NCBI GenBank assembly: GCA_049973045.1
Contig: JBMFJZ010000001.1
Coordinates: 190,316-254,315, forward strand
Origin: Bacteroidota bacterium
GTDB lineage: Bacteria > Bacteroidota > Ignavibacteria > 0-14-0-80-59-12
Direction of reading: 5' to 3'
DNA length: 64,000 nt
Below the pieces are notes generated by a model. That model was given only the letters and a program-made list of their open reading frames with translations. It was not told where the DNA came from and made no database searches. Below, piece after piece: positions 9,113-18,257 of this stretch (position 1 is its first letter; each line of letters starts with the position of its first letter). Position numbers and translations under genes: made by a program.

Positions 9113-10474
9113 ATGAGCAAATTGAAAATGGCGCACCAAGCGACACGAATTCTTGTGGCAATTATTGGCCTGCCTAACGTTGGTAAGTCGACGCTTTTCA
9201 ACCGGATTGTTGGCGAGCGCGATGCTATTGTTCACAGTGTTCCTGGTGTGACACGTGACCGGCACTATGCGCAGGCAGAGTGGGCAGGGAAAACCTTTGC
9301 TCTTGTTGACACAGGTGGCTTTGTCCCTGATTCGGATGACTTAATTGAGCGTGCGGTGCGAGAACAGGCAGAGGCTGCCATACAGGAATCGGATGTTGTT
9401 CTCTTTGTTGTTGATGCTCAGCATGGACCTAATCCTGTGGAAAAGACGATCGCCAGGCTACTGCGAAAATCGGAAAAGCCTGTCATCCTGTGTGTCAACA
9501 AAGTAGACGCGGATACTCATGAAGTGAATATTCATCAATTCCATGAGCTTGGGCTTGGCGATCCGATAGGAATTTCAGCGCTTTCCGGCAGAAACATTGG
9601 GAATCTGCTCGATCTTTTGGTTTCAGCTTTTCCATCGAATGGTGAAGTTGCAAATGATGTAATCAAAGAAAAGCAACGCAACGACAGGCTCAGAATAGCG
9701 ATTGTCGGAAGGCCCAATGTTGGAAAATCCTCCCTGGCAAATGCCTTATTAGGGGAGGAGCGAATCATTGTTACTGAGATACCCGGGACAACCCGTGATG
9801 CCATTGATTCGGTCTTGCGATATTATGGTGAAGAGATTGTTCTCATCGATACGGCGGGGCTTCGAAAGCATGCCCGCATTGCCGAGAGCATTGAATTCTT
9901 TAGCGCACTGCGTACCCTTCGTAGCCTTGAACAGTGCCATGTTGCTATTATTGTCATTGACGCGACGGTGGGTTTACAATCGCAGGATCTGAAAATCATC
10001 GAGGAGGCGATTGAGCGGAAGCGAGGTATAATTCTCGCTGCAAACAAGTGGGACCTTGTGGAGAAAGATTCTACAACTGCTCAACTGCTTGAAGCTGAGC
10101 TTCGACGGAAATTGAGGCGCTATGATTTTATCCCAATTGTTTTCGTCTCTGCGAAAACAAAACAGCGTGTGTTCCGTTTGATCGACTTAGCAAAATCGAT
10201 AAAAGCTGAGTTGCAAAAGCGCATAGAGACATCGACCTTGAACAACGTTTTGTTATCAGTTGTCCGTGATCATCCGCCTCCACCTGTAGGTGTTCGAGAA
10301 GTGAAAATCTCCTTCATAACGCAGGCGAAAGGAGATTCGCCGGTGTTTATCTTCTTTACGAATCATCCTGACGGCGTTTCGGAATCGTATGCTCGATTTC
10401 TTGAAAATCAACTTCGTAAGCAATTTGGTTTTCTCGGAGTTCCCATTACGCTTCGTTTTCGAAAAAAGAGTTGA
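9113..10474 (+). CDS. der: Ribosome biogenesis GTPase Der (EngA)
   Basis: Two tandem GTPase domains with P-loops GLPNVGKS and GRPNVGKS, plus C-terminal KH-like region. Confidence 0.9.
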   Translation: MSKLKMAHQATRILVAIIGLPNVGKSTLFNRIVGERDAIVHSVPGVTRDRHYAQAEWAGKTFALVDTGGFVPDSDDLIERAVREQAEAAIQESDVVLFVVDAQHGPNPVEKTIARLLRKSEKPVILCVNKVDADTHEVNIHQFHELGLGDPIGISALSGRNIGNLLDLLVSAFPSNGEVANDVIKEKQRNDRLRIAIVGRPNVGKSSLANALLGEERIIVTEIPGTTRDAIDSVLRYYGEEIVLIDTAGLRKHARIAESIEFFSALRTLRSLEQCHVAIIVIDATVGLQSQDLKIIEEAIERKRGIILAANKWDLVEKDSTTAQLLEAELRRKLRRYDFIPIVFVSAKTKQRVFRLIDLAKSIKAELQKRIETSTLNNVLLSVVRDHPPPPVGVREVKISFITQAKGDSPVFIFFTNHPDGVSESYARFLENQLRKQFGFLGVPITLRFRKKS

Positions 10475-10501
10475 GCGCCCATTGTGGAGAAACTGTAATC
10501 T

Positions 10502-11131
10502 ATGAAGAATCTTATCCTTGTAGATCATCCTTTGATCAAGCGTGATTTGACCATTCTTCGTAGCCGAGAAACACCGCATGATCTGTTTCGGCTAACTCTG
10601 CGGAGGCTTTCTACGCTTCTTGCGTTTGCGGTAACCAGGGATTTAGCATTAAAAGAATCGAGTATCTACACACCTCTGGAGAAGACGCGCGGTTATCGGC
10701 TTAACGAGAGTGTTGTTCTTGTTCCGGTTCTCAGGGCTGGACTTGGCATGGTTGATGGGTTCGTTGATCTTCTTCCGGAAGCGAAAGTTGGGCATATTGG
10801 ATTATTTCGTGATGAGGAAACGCTCACGCCTGTGGACTACTACTTTAAGGTGCCCAAAGGGCTTGGCAGAAGTCTGGTGATCCTTCTGGACCCGATGTTG
10901 GCAACAGGAGGGAGCGCTGTAGCTGCAATTGATTACTTGAAAGGACGTGGTGCCAAGAAAATCCGTGCTGTTGGGATTGTTGCAGCTCCTGAGGGGGTCA
11001 AACTTCTCTGGAAGAAACATCCCGATGTTCCAATATTTGCTGCAGCTCTCGATCGTCAACTGAACGGGAAAGGATATATTCTCCCCGGTCTCGGGGACGC
11101 TGGCGACCGAATTTTTGGTACTAAGGAGTAA
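10502..11131 (+). CDS. upp: Uracil phosphoribosyltransferase
   Basis: 209 aa; N-terminus and PRPP-binding region (VILLDPMLATGGSA) typical of UPRTase. Confidence 0.9.
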   Translation: MKNLILVDHPLIKRDLTILRSRETPHDLFRLTLRRLSTLLAFAVTRDLALKESSIYTPLEKTRGYRLNESVVLVPVLRAGLGMVDGFVDLLPEAKVGHIGLFRDEETLTPVDYYFKVPKGLGRSLVILLDPMLATGGSAVAAIDYLKGRGAKKIRAVGIVAAPEGVKLLWKKHPDVPIFAAALDRQLNGKGYILPGLGDAGDRIFGTKE

Positions 11132-11193
11132 CATTTAGTGTCGAACTTCGATCACATTGCTGACGTTGTTATATTAAGGTGGGCTGAATAAGC

Positions 11194-13419
11194 GTGATGC
11201 TTCCATCGCTACATACAGGAGCAGGCACGTACGAGCGAAAGTTAGATGACTTGCTTCGTGCCTGCCACTTGAATCTGTCCAGTGTTGATGATGACCTGAT
11301 TCGTCGCGCCTATTGGTTTAGCTTCAATGCTCACAAAAACGATTTTCGGGCTTCTGGAGAGCTGTATTTTAACCATCCTTACAACGTTGCTCTTATTATT
11401 GCCCGCGAAGTTCCACTTGACGATATCTCGGTTGCTGCGGCATTGCTTCACGATGTTGTCGAAGATACAGAATTTGAATTGAAAGACGTCCGGGCGGAGT
11501 TTGGCGATACCATCGCTGAAATTGTTGATGGTGTTACAAAGATCACTGACATTTTTCGTGGGCATGAGATCACTCAGGCAGAAAATTACCGAAAGATGCT
11601 TCTTTCCATGGTTCATGATGTGAGGGTTATGCTCGTCAAGCTTGCTGATCGCCTCCACAACATGCGCACCTTGGATTATCTTCCATCAGAAAAACGTCTC
11701 AGACTTGCCAAAGAAACTCTTGAGCTATACGCTCCTTTTGCCCACCGATTCGGTTTAGCGAACATCAAATGGGAACTTGAAGATTTAGCTTTCAAGTATC
11801 TTTATCCGGAAAAATATGATGAGCTGAAGCAACAGATCAGTGCCAAGCGGCGGGAACGAGAACACTACATTCGTCGTTTCATCGCTCCTATAGAGGAGAG
11901 GCTGAAAGCTGAAGGGTATAAGTTTGAGATCAGCGGTCGGCCGAAGAATCTTTATAGCATTTATAACAAGATGGTGAGTCGAAATAAGCCGCTTGATGAA
12001 ATCTATGATTTGTTTGCTATTCGGATCATCCTTGACACGCAGAACAACACTGATTGCTTTGCTGTTTATGGAATTGTGTCCGAAATTTACATTCCGATAC
12101 CTGAGCGATTCAAGAATTACATTTCTGTTCCCAAGAAAAATGGCTATCAATCGATTCATACAACGGTCATTGGTCCTGAAGGGAAGATGGTTGAAGTTCA
12201 AATCCGGACCCGTGAGATGCATGAGGTAGCCGAGCGTGGCGTTGCTGCCCATTGGAAGTACAAAGAGAATATCCCGAAGGTGGATAAAGAACTTGAGGAA
12301 TGGACTGCATGGGTACGTGAGATTTTTGAGCCTCGCTCCAGCGACGAGGCGCAAGCAAAGCAGGTCCTTGAGAGCTTTAAGCTTCATCTGTATCAAGAGG
12401 AAATTTACGTGTTTACTCCCAAAGGAGACTTGAAGATTCTGCCTCGCGGTGCCACACCAGTTGATTTTGCCTTTGAGATTCACTCTGATATTGGTTATCA
12501 CTGTATCGGGGCGAAGGTTAACGGCCGTATTGTCCCGTTGAATGCAATTCTTCACAGTGGTGATCAGGTCGAGATAATCACGTCGAAGAACCAAACACCA
12601 AGCGCTGATTGGGAGAAGTTTGTCGTCACACATAAAGCTAAGGCACATCTCCGCCGATGGATGAAAGAGGAAGCGCGTCTGGCCACTGAGCGGGGAAAAG
12701 AAATCTGGGAGCGAAAACTAAAACGACACAAGGTCCACCTCACTGATGAGGATTATGCAAAGATCTTAAAGGAGCTGAAGTTAGAAAGTCGTCAGGCACT
12801 CTATACACGAATTGCCCATGAGCAAATAGATCCCGACGGGATATTACGATTCTTTGAGCGTTCGGCTGAGGAACGTGCTGCTGGAGAAAACCCACCTGGC
12901 GAGACTGGTAGCTCTGGCAATCTTTTCACACAGTTTGTCCGCACTGCGAGAGATTCTCTTGGCAGCATTCTTATTTATGGTCAGCCTGCCTCTGCAGAGA
13001 AGGTTATGCACACGTATGCAAAATGCTGCAATCCTGTCCCCGGAGACGAGATTGTTGGATTCGTCACCATCGGTGAGGGAATAAAGATCCACCGTAAAAC
13101 GTGTCAGAATCTTGAGCGCCTTCGGGCTACAGACCCTGACCGTGTTGTGGAGGTAAATTGGCCCCCTACAACAGGACAAGAGTTCTTAGCTGGTATTCGA
13201 GTGGCTGGGGAAGACAAGCCTGGTATGCTCAATGAAATTACTCATGCGATCTCTTCCTATAACAACACAAATATTCGCGCTGTGAATCTTGATACCCATG
13301 ATTCCTTGTTTGAAGGATCGATCTTGATCTTTGTGAAAGATATTGAACATCTTAATCATTTGCTTGATCGCATTAGAAGGATCAAAGGTGTGTTACGAGT
13401 TGAACGACTTGAAGAATAA
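11194..13419 (+). CDS. spoT: Bifunctional (p)ppGpp synthetase/hydrolase (RelA/SpoT family)
   Basis: 741 aa; HD hydrolase motif HDVVEDT, RelA/SpoT synthetase domain, TGS and C-terminal ACT-like domain. Confidence 0.9.
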   Translation: MMLPSLHTGAGTYERKLDDLLRACHLNLSSVDDDLIRRAYWFSFNAHKNDFRASGELYFNHPYNVALIIAREVPLDDISVAAALLHDVVEDTEFELKDVRAEFGDTIAEIVDGVTKITDIFRGHEITQAENYRKMLLSMVHDVRVMLVKLADRLHNMRTLDYLPSEKRLRLAKETLELYAPFAHRFGLANIKWELEDLAFKYLYPEKYDELKQQISAKRREREHYIRRFIAPIEERLKAEGYKFEISGRPKNLYSIYNKMVSRNKPLDEIYDLFAIRIILDTQNNTDCFAVYGIVSEIYIPIPERFKNYISVPKKNGYQSIHTTVIGPEGKMVEVQIRTREMHEVAERGVAAHWKYKENIPKVDKELEEWTAWVREIFEPRSSDEAQAKQVLESFKLHLYQEEIYVFTPKGDLKILPRGATPVDFAFEIHSDIGYHCIGAKVNGRIVPLNAILHSGDQVEIITSKNQTPSADWEKFVVTHKAKAHLRRWMKEEARLATERGKEIWERKLKRHKVHLTDEDYAKILKELKLESRQALYTRIAHEQIDPDGILRFFERSAEERAAGENPPGETGSSGNLFTQFVRTARDSLGSILIYGQPASAEKVMHTYAKCCNPVPGDEIVGFVTIGEGIKIHRKTCQNLERLRATDPDRVVEVNWPPTTGQEFLAGIRVAGEDKPGMLNEITHAISSYNNTNIRAVNLDTHDSLFEGSILIFVKDIEHLNHLLDRIRRIKGVLRVERLEE

Positions 13420-13435
13420 TTCAGGACAAAAACCG

Positions 13436-13894
13436 ATGGGAAGAATCTTAGGGGTTGATTATGGCTCGCATCGCGTGGGCATAGCCGTGAGTGATCCATC
13501 ACGAACAATTTCTCAGCCTCTCATGACCCTGATTAATGATGATCAACTTATGAAAAGATTACTTGAGATAATTGATTCTTACGAGGTAGAGGAACTTGTT
13601 GTTGGAGAACCGCGGACACTAAAAGGGGAACTTGGTCAGAGCGCTGAAGAAGTGCATGATTTCGTTTTCAAGATCAGAGAATCGTGTGGAATTCCAGTAA
13701 AGTTATGGGATGAGAGGCTCACCTCTGTTCAGGCGCGACTTTCGATGCTGCAGATGGGGTTGAAGAAAAAACAACGCGCACAAAAAGCCACTGTTGACAA
13801 GGTTGCAGCTGCTTTGCTGCTTCAGAATTATCTCGATGCGCTGCAAATGGCAGAAGACCCTTTTTCAAACGATAACAACACGAAGCACGAATGA
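13436..13894 (+). CDS. ruvX: Holliday-junction resolvase-like protein RuvX (YqgF)
   Basis: ILGVDYGSHRVGIAVSD motif; start set at internal ATG 13436 because the track ORF start overlaps the spoT 3' end. Confidence 0.85.
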   Translation: MGRILGVDYGSHRVGIAVSDPSRTISQPLMTLINDDQLMKRLLEIIDSYEVEELVVGEPRTLKGELGQSAEEVHDFVFKIRESCGIPVKLWDERLTSVQARLSMLQMGLKKKQRAQKATVDKVAAALLLQNYLDALQMAEDPFSNDNNTKHE

Positions 13895-13895
13895 G

Positions 13896-14621
13896 ATGAG
13901 AGAGTTAGTTTCCTGGCTGTTGCGCCACAAGATTGTAAGCGTCTGCCTACTCTTTTCTCTTTTCATGGCCGTCGAGCTCGGGACGCTGCCTTTCAAAGAA
14001 GTTGCAGCTCTTCGCACTATCAATCCTCGATGGACTGCTCTTATGGAGGAGCGTAGAGAGCAAGCTGCATCCGCATCAATCCATGGACGGAGAAAATCTT
14101 TTACAGTTCGGCAATATTGGGTTCCGCTCGATCGGATCTCACCAAATCTTGTGCACGCTGTGGTCACCGCAGAAGATGGTACTTTTTACCAGCACTGGGG
14201 TGTTGATTGGTTTGAGGTGAAAGAGTCGATCGAGCGAGATTTGCAAGAGGGGAGACCTGTCCGTGGAGCAAGCACGATAACTCAGCAGTTGGCGAAGAAC
14301 CTTTTTCTCTCAACGGCTAAAGATCCGATTCGCAAAATACGCGAGATTCTCATTGCTCTTATCATTGAATGGCAGCTCTCTAAACGTCGAATTCTTGAAC
14401 TCTATCTAAATGTTGTTGAATGGGGAGATGGGATTTACGGTGCAGAGGCGGCATCGCGAAGCTATTTCGGGGTTTCTGCCGCTTTGCTTTCTCGTGAGCA
14501 AGCTGCTCGACTCGCTGCTGTGCTGCCAAGTCCACTTCGACATAAACCGAATAAAGACCAGCATTACGTGGTGCGGCGCTCATCGCTTATTCTTAGGAGA
14601 ATGGAGGTGCGAGGATATTAA
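13896..14621 (+). CDS. mtgA: Monofunctional peptidoglycan glycosyltransferase (GT51)
   Basis: EDGTFYQHWGVDW and RGASTITQQLAKN transglycosylase motifs; N-terminal TM anchor; ATG 13896 lies 1 nt after the ruvX stop. Confidence 0.8.
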   Translation: MRELVSWLLRHKIVSVCLLFSLFMAVELGTLPFKEVAALRTINPRWTALMEERREQAASASIHGRRKSFTVRQYWVPLDRISPNLVHAVVTAEDGTFYQHWGVDWFEVKESIERDLQEGRPVRGASTITQQLAKNLFLSTAKDPIRKIREILIALIIEWQLSKRRILELYLNVVEWGDGIYGAEAASRSYFGVSAALLSREQAARLAAVLPSPLRHKPNKDQHYVVRRSSLILRRMEVRGY

Positions 14622-14653
14622 ATCCGTCTGATAAATGGTTGGAGAGAATTTAG

Positions 14654-15340
14654 ATGAACACTCAAGATGTTCTGGACTTGATTGAAGAAGGAGAAGGATT
14701 CCATGTGGAGTTCAAGAGAAAAGTTCCTTCACCTCAGAAGATAGCCAAATCATTGATTGCTTTTGCAAATACGAGAGGAGGTTGCATTCTATTTGGCGTT
14801 GACGACGACGGTTCAATCATCGGCGTCGAGAGTGAAAAGGAAGAGGTTGAACTAATCAGGACAGCTGGGAACATGTTTTGTGATCCACCTGTCCCGGTGC
14901 ATATTGATATAGTTGGCTACAACGGAAAAGATGTGATCGTTGCTACAGTTGAGGAGAGCCGTGAAAAACCACATTTCTTCCGTAATGATGGAGATGAAGC
15001 AGCTCCGCCGAAAGCCTATATTCGTGTTCATGACAAATCGGTGCTCGCAAGTCGTGAAGTAGTTCAAATACTTCATGATGAGGACCCTGATGCTCCACCA
15101 CTGCGAATCTCGATTGGGGAGAATGAGCGTTTTCTCTTTCGTTTCCTCGATACCCATGAACGGATTACACTCCGCGAGTTTGCCCATCTTGTTAACATCT
15201 CTGAGCGCCGCGCGTCACGAATTCTTGTGCGCTTGGTACGTGCTGGCGTTATACGCATCCACACGGAAGAAAAGGAAGACTTTTACACTCTGGCTCAGGA
15301 TTTGAAATCACCTCAAGCAAATGAACTCTTTTCACGGTGA
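14654..15340 (+). CDS. AlbA_2/Schlafen-like DNA-binding domain protein with C-terminal wHTH (putative regulator)
   Basis: N-terminal EGEGFHVEFKRK...AFANTRGGCILFGVDDDGSIIGV matches the AlbA_2 'divergent AAA' fold pattern; C-terminal HTH-like segment. Confidence 0.5.
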   Translation: MNTQDVLDLIEEGEGFHVEFKRKVPSPQKIAKSLIAFANTRGGCILFGVDDDGSIIGVESEKEEVELIRTAGNMFCDPPVPVHIDIVGYNGKDVIVATVEESREKPHFFRNDGDEAAPPKAYIRVHDKSVLASREVVQILHDEDPDAPPLRISIGENERFLFRFLDTHERITLREFAHLVNISERRASRILVRLVRAGVIRIHTEEKEDFYTLAQDLKSPQANELFSR

Positions 15341-15668
15341 GGCTCTCAGACTGTGATAGATTCGTACAAGTTCAAAGAGAGCAACGCCGTAAGCGACAGC
15401 CACGTTCAGCCTGCCTTTGGCGGGTTTGATTCCGTACATTGGAACTTCGATCGCAAGGTCAGAAAGATCAAGGAGAGGCTTGCTTACACCGGTGATTTCA
15501 TTTCCGATGATAAGGGCGAGAGGAAACGAGGAATGAGGGATGAGGGATGCGGGTGTAAAGACTACGAACATTGTCAAGGATAGTGATAACCGGAACACGG
15601 GGCGCGTTTTGAAGCTGCTCAAGCGTGAACCGTCGTTGACGGATTTCATCGTGAGTAAGTTTGCGCAT
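15332..15668 (-). pseudogene. SpoU/TrmH (SPOUT) RNA methyltransferase remnant, frameshifted and internally truncated
   Basis: Two overlapping minus-strand frames: one gives MRKLTHDEIRQRRFTLEQLQNAPRVPVITILDNVRSLY (N-terminal-like), the other gives ...LALIIGNEITGVS...IEVPMYG...LNVAVAYGVALFEL (SPOUT motifs 2 and 3). The SAM-binding motif 1 is absent in both. Confidence 0.4.
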
Positions 15669-15708
15669 AGAAACCTCAAAGATTTTTATTGAAAATGTAG
15701 GGAGTAAC

Positions 15709-16317
15709 ATGTTGCGACGCAGGTTAATTGTCATCATGGCTTTTGGAGTTGCACTCTCGGGATGTTCATCATTGAAAAGAGCCGTTGAACGTATCCAGGC
15801 AGTCGAGCACTTGCAGTTCAAATTGAATTCTATCTCGGATTTCTCCCTCTCGGGTGTCTCTTTTTCACAGAAGACGTCTGTGAGCGAGATCAGAGCGAGT
15901 GAAATGATCTCGATTGGAAGGGACTTCGCTGCTCATCGAATGCCTGCACGTTTCGTTCTCAATGTCGATGTTCGCAATCCTAATACTGAACAGTCAGGTT
16001 TTTCGTTAGTGCTAAGAGAGCTTCGGTGGCGACTTGTCATTGACACTACATTTGGTGTCAAAGGCACGATGAGCGGTCCAGTTCGTGTGCCGGAAGGAGG
16101 AGCGGCTGTGGTGCTCCCAGTGCCAATCGAGATTGATCTGTTTGAGATTTTCCGCGGTGAGAGCCTGCGAAGTCTGATAAATCTTGCACTTGCTCTTGGT
16201 GGGAAGCGCGGCTCGCCGGCACGCCTTCGGCTCTATGTTCAGCCAACAGTCGATGGGCCTTTTGGTCCAATTCAGTACCCGGAAGAGATCGAGGTTATTG
16301 ATCGTGAGTTTCGTTAA
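15709..16317 (+). CDS. Lipoprotein, LEA_2/WHy-like domain (hypothetical)
   Basis: Signal peptide with lipobox (AFGVALSGCSS); pattern around VDVRNPN resembles LEA-14-like proteins. Start at ATG 15709. Confidence 0.55.
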   Translation: MLRRRLIVIMAFGVALSGCSSLKRAVERIQAVEHLQFKLNSISDFSLSGVSFSQKTSVSEIRASEMISIGRDFAAHRMPARFVLNVDVRNPNTEQSGFSLVLRELRWRLVIDTTFGVKGTMSGPVRVPEGGAAVVLPVPIEIDLFEIFRGESLRSLINLALALGGKRGSPARLRLYVQPTVDGPFGPIQYPEEIEVIDREFR

Positions 16318-16390
16318 TTGGGAGCTAGATGACGCGGCGGTCTATTTGATTCGCGTGCGAAAAATTTGTATATTTATTTTTTAAGCGATT

Positions 16391-17155
16391 ATGAAAAGGA
16401 GGAAACGGGGCATTATTATTGCGATTGATGGCACTGCTGCTTCTGGCAAAAGCACCACGGCTCGCGCATTGGCTCACTTGCTGGGGTATGGCTATCTTGA
16501 TACAGGTGCAATGTACCGTGCCATGGCTTTGAAGATTCTCCGTGCTGGCATTCGACTTCCCCCCACGATATCTACTGGATCATCGTTAATTACTGAGGTT
16601 GCCCCTGAAACGCTGTCTCAGATTGATTCCCTTGCAGAGAATACCTCGATTTCAGTGAGAAACGAAAAAGGTTCGGTCTGTGTTTATCTTGACGGAGAAG
16701 ATGTCACGGATTTGATCCGGACGCAGGAAGTTTCATCAATGGCGAGCATAGTGAGTACCTTACCTCGAGTGCGCGAGGTTCTCGTGCGTGAGCAAAGACG
16801 AGCGGGGCAGGAGGGGGGAATTGTTGCAGAGGGGCGGGATATCGGTACGATAGTTTTTCCGGACGCTGAGTTAAAGATTTTCATGACAGCATCGTTAGAT
16901 GAGCGTGCGCGCCGTCGGAAAAGGGAATTGCTTGTCCAGGGTGCTGAAGTGTCGGATGAAGAGGTGAAGCGCGAACTGCGCGAGCGCGATGAGCGTGATT
17001 CGTCGCGTGCATATAGTCCGCTGCGAAAGGCTCCGGATGCAGTGGAACTTGATACAACCAAGCTTACAATTGATGAGCAAGTAAAAATTGTTATGAACCT
17101 TGCGCAGAAGCGGATATCCTCAGGCAAAACATGGATCTGTGGGTTATGGAAATAG
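16391..17155 (+). CDS. cmk: Cytidylate kinase
   Basis: IAIDGTAASGKSTTARALA P-loop and YLDTGAMYRA motif. Confidence 0.9.
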   Translation: MKRRKRGIIIAIDGTAASGKSTTARALAHLLGYGYLDTGAMYRAMALKILRAGIRLPPTISTGSSLITEVAPETLSQIDSLAENTSISVRNEKGSVCVYLDGEDVTDLIRTQEVSSMASIVSTLPRVREVLVREQRRAGQEGGIVAEGRDIGTIVFPDAELKIFMTASLDERARRRKRELLVQGAEVSDEEVKRELRERDERDSSRAYSPLRKAPDAVELDTTKLTIDEQVKIVMNLAQKRISSGKTWICGLWK

Positions 17156-17170
17156 AAATGGAAGAAGGCA

Positions 17171-18070
17171 ATGCAAATCGTCGTTGATAAGAATGCGGGA
17201 TTTTGTTGGGGAGTTATACGTGCAGTTGAGTTTGCAGAAAAGGCGTTGGCGCAATTTGGGGAACTATATTCGCTTGGTGATATTATTCACAATCCTGAAG
17301 AAATCAAGCGACTTAAAGAAAAGGGGTTGCAAACTATCAGCCATGCTGATCTAGCCAACTTAGCAGGCAAACATGTGTTGATCAGGGCTCATGGAGAGCC
17401 TCCGAGTACTTTCGCTTTCGCTGAACGCTATGGGATCCATCTCATCGATGCCACGTGCCCGGTGGTTGCGAAGGTTCAAGAGCGCATTCGGAAATTCTAT
17501 AACGAAGGATATCAAATCGTGATCTTCGGTAAGAAAGAGCACGCAGAAGTGATTGGGCTTGTCGGTCAAACCAATGGCGAAGCAATTGTAATCAAGTCGC
17601 TTGATGAGATTCACAAGATCGATCTTCGACGCAAAACAGTTCTTTTTTCCCAGACAACAATGGACAAGCCTACATTCTATCGGATAAAGGGTGAACTGGA
17701 GAAGCACGTTCAGGAACTTATCGTAGGTAGCATCGAGGAAGAAGCCGTCGAGCATTTTCGAGCAAAGGACACGATTTGTGGCCAGGTGTCCGGACGCGAT
17801 AAGAAGCTCCGCGCATTCGCACGCGAGCATGATGTTATTGTTTTCGTGGCTGGAAGGAAAAGCTCGAATGGCAAAGTCCTTTTTGAAATCTGCCGGGAAG
17901 AGAATCCCAAGACCTACTTTGTTGAAAATGAATTTGAGGTAAACCTTTCCTGGTTTGAAGGGGCGAAGAGCGTTGGCATAACTGGAGCTACATCAACGCC
18001 GCAGTGGCTCATGGAAAAAGTTCGAAACCACCTTGAGGAGGAGATTCGCGCAGTTCCAGTGCCAAATTAA
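17171..18070 (+). CDS. ispH: 4-hydroxy-3-methylbut-2-enyl diphosphate reductase
   Basis: N-terminus NAGFCWGVIRAV and conserved Cys-containing segments typical of IspH/LytB. Confidence 0.9.
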   Translation: MQIVVDKNAGFCWGVIRAVEFAEKALAQFGELYSLGDIIHNPEEIKRLKEKGLQTISHADLANLAGKHVLIRAHGEPPSTFAFAERYGIHLIDATCPVVAKVQERIRKFYNEGYQIVIFGKKEHAEVIGLVGQTNGEAIVIKSLDEIHKIDLRRKTVLFSQTTMDKPTFYRIKGELEKHVQELIVGSIEEEAVEHFRAKDTICGQVSGRDKKLRAFAREHDVIVFVAGRKSSNGKVLFEICREENPKTYFVENEFEVNLSWFEGAKSVGITGATSTPQWLMEKVRNHLEEEIRAVPVPN

Positions 18071-18257
18071 TAGAGTTTCAAAAGCCATCAGGTAATTAAC
18101 TCATGTTTAACACAAATCCGCCAAGGGCGGACTCTCTGTACGGTACGGTGTTCTTGGTGGCTTTCATCGGAAATACGGAGAGATAATGTAAGACGTCAAG
18201 GACATCGGCATGGCTAAAGCTGTTCGATGTTCATGTTCGCTACTTTTCGGAGGTTGA

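Noticed and set aside
11785-12648. 287 aa minus-strand ORF
   Set aside because: Embedded antisense within the conserved rel/spoT gene, with no recognisable motifs and low-complexity composition.
16684-17127. 147 aa minus-strand ORF rich in Ser/Arg
   Set aside because: Antisense to cmk; compositionally biased; shadow ORF.
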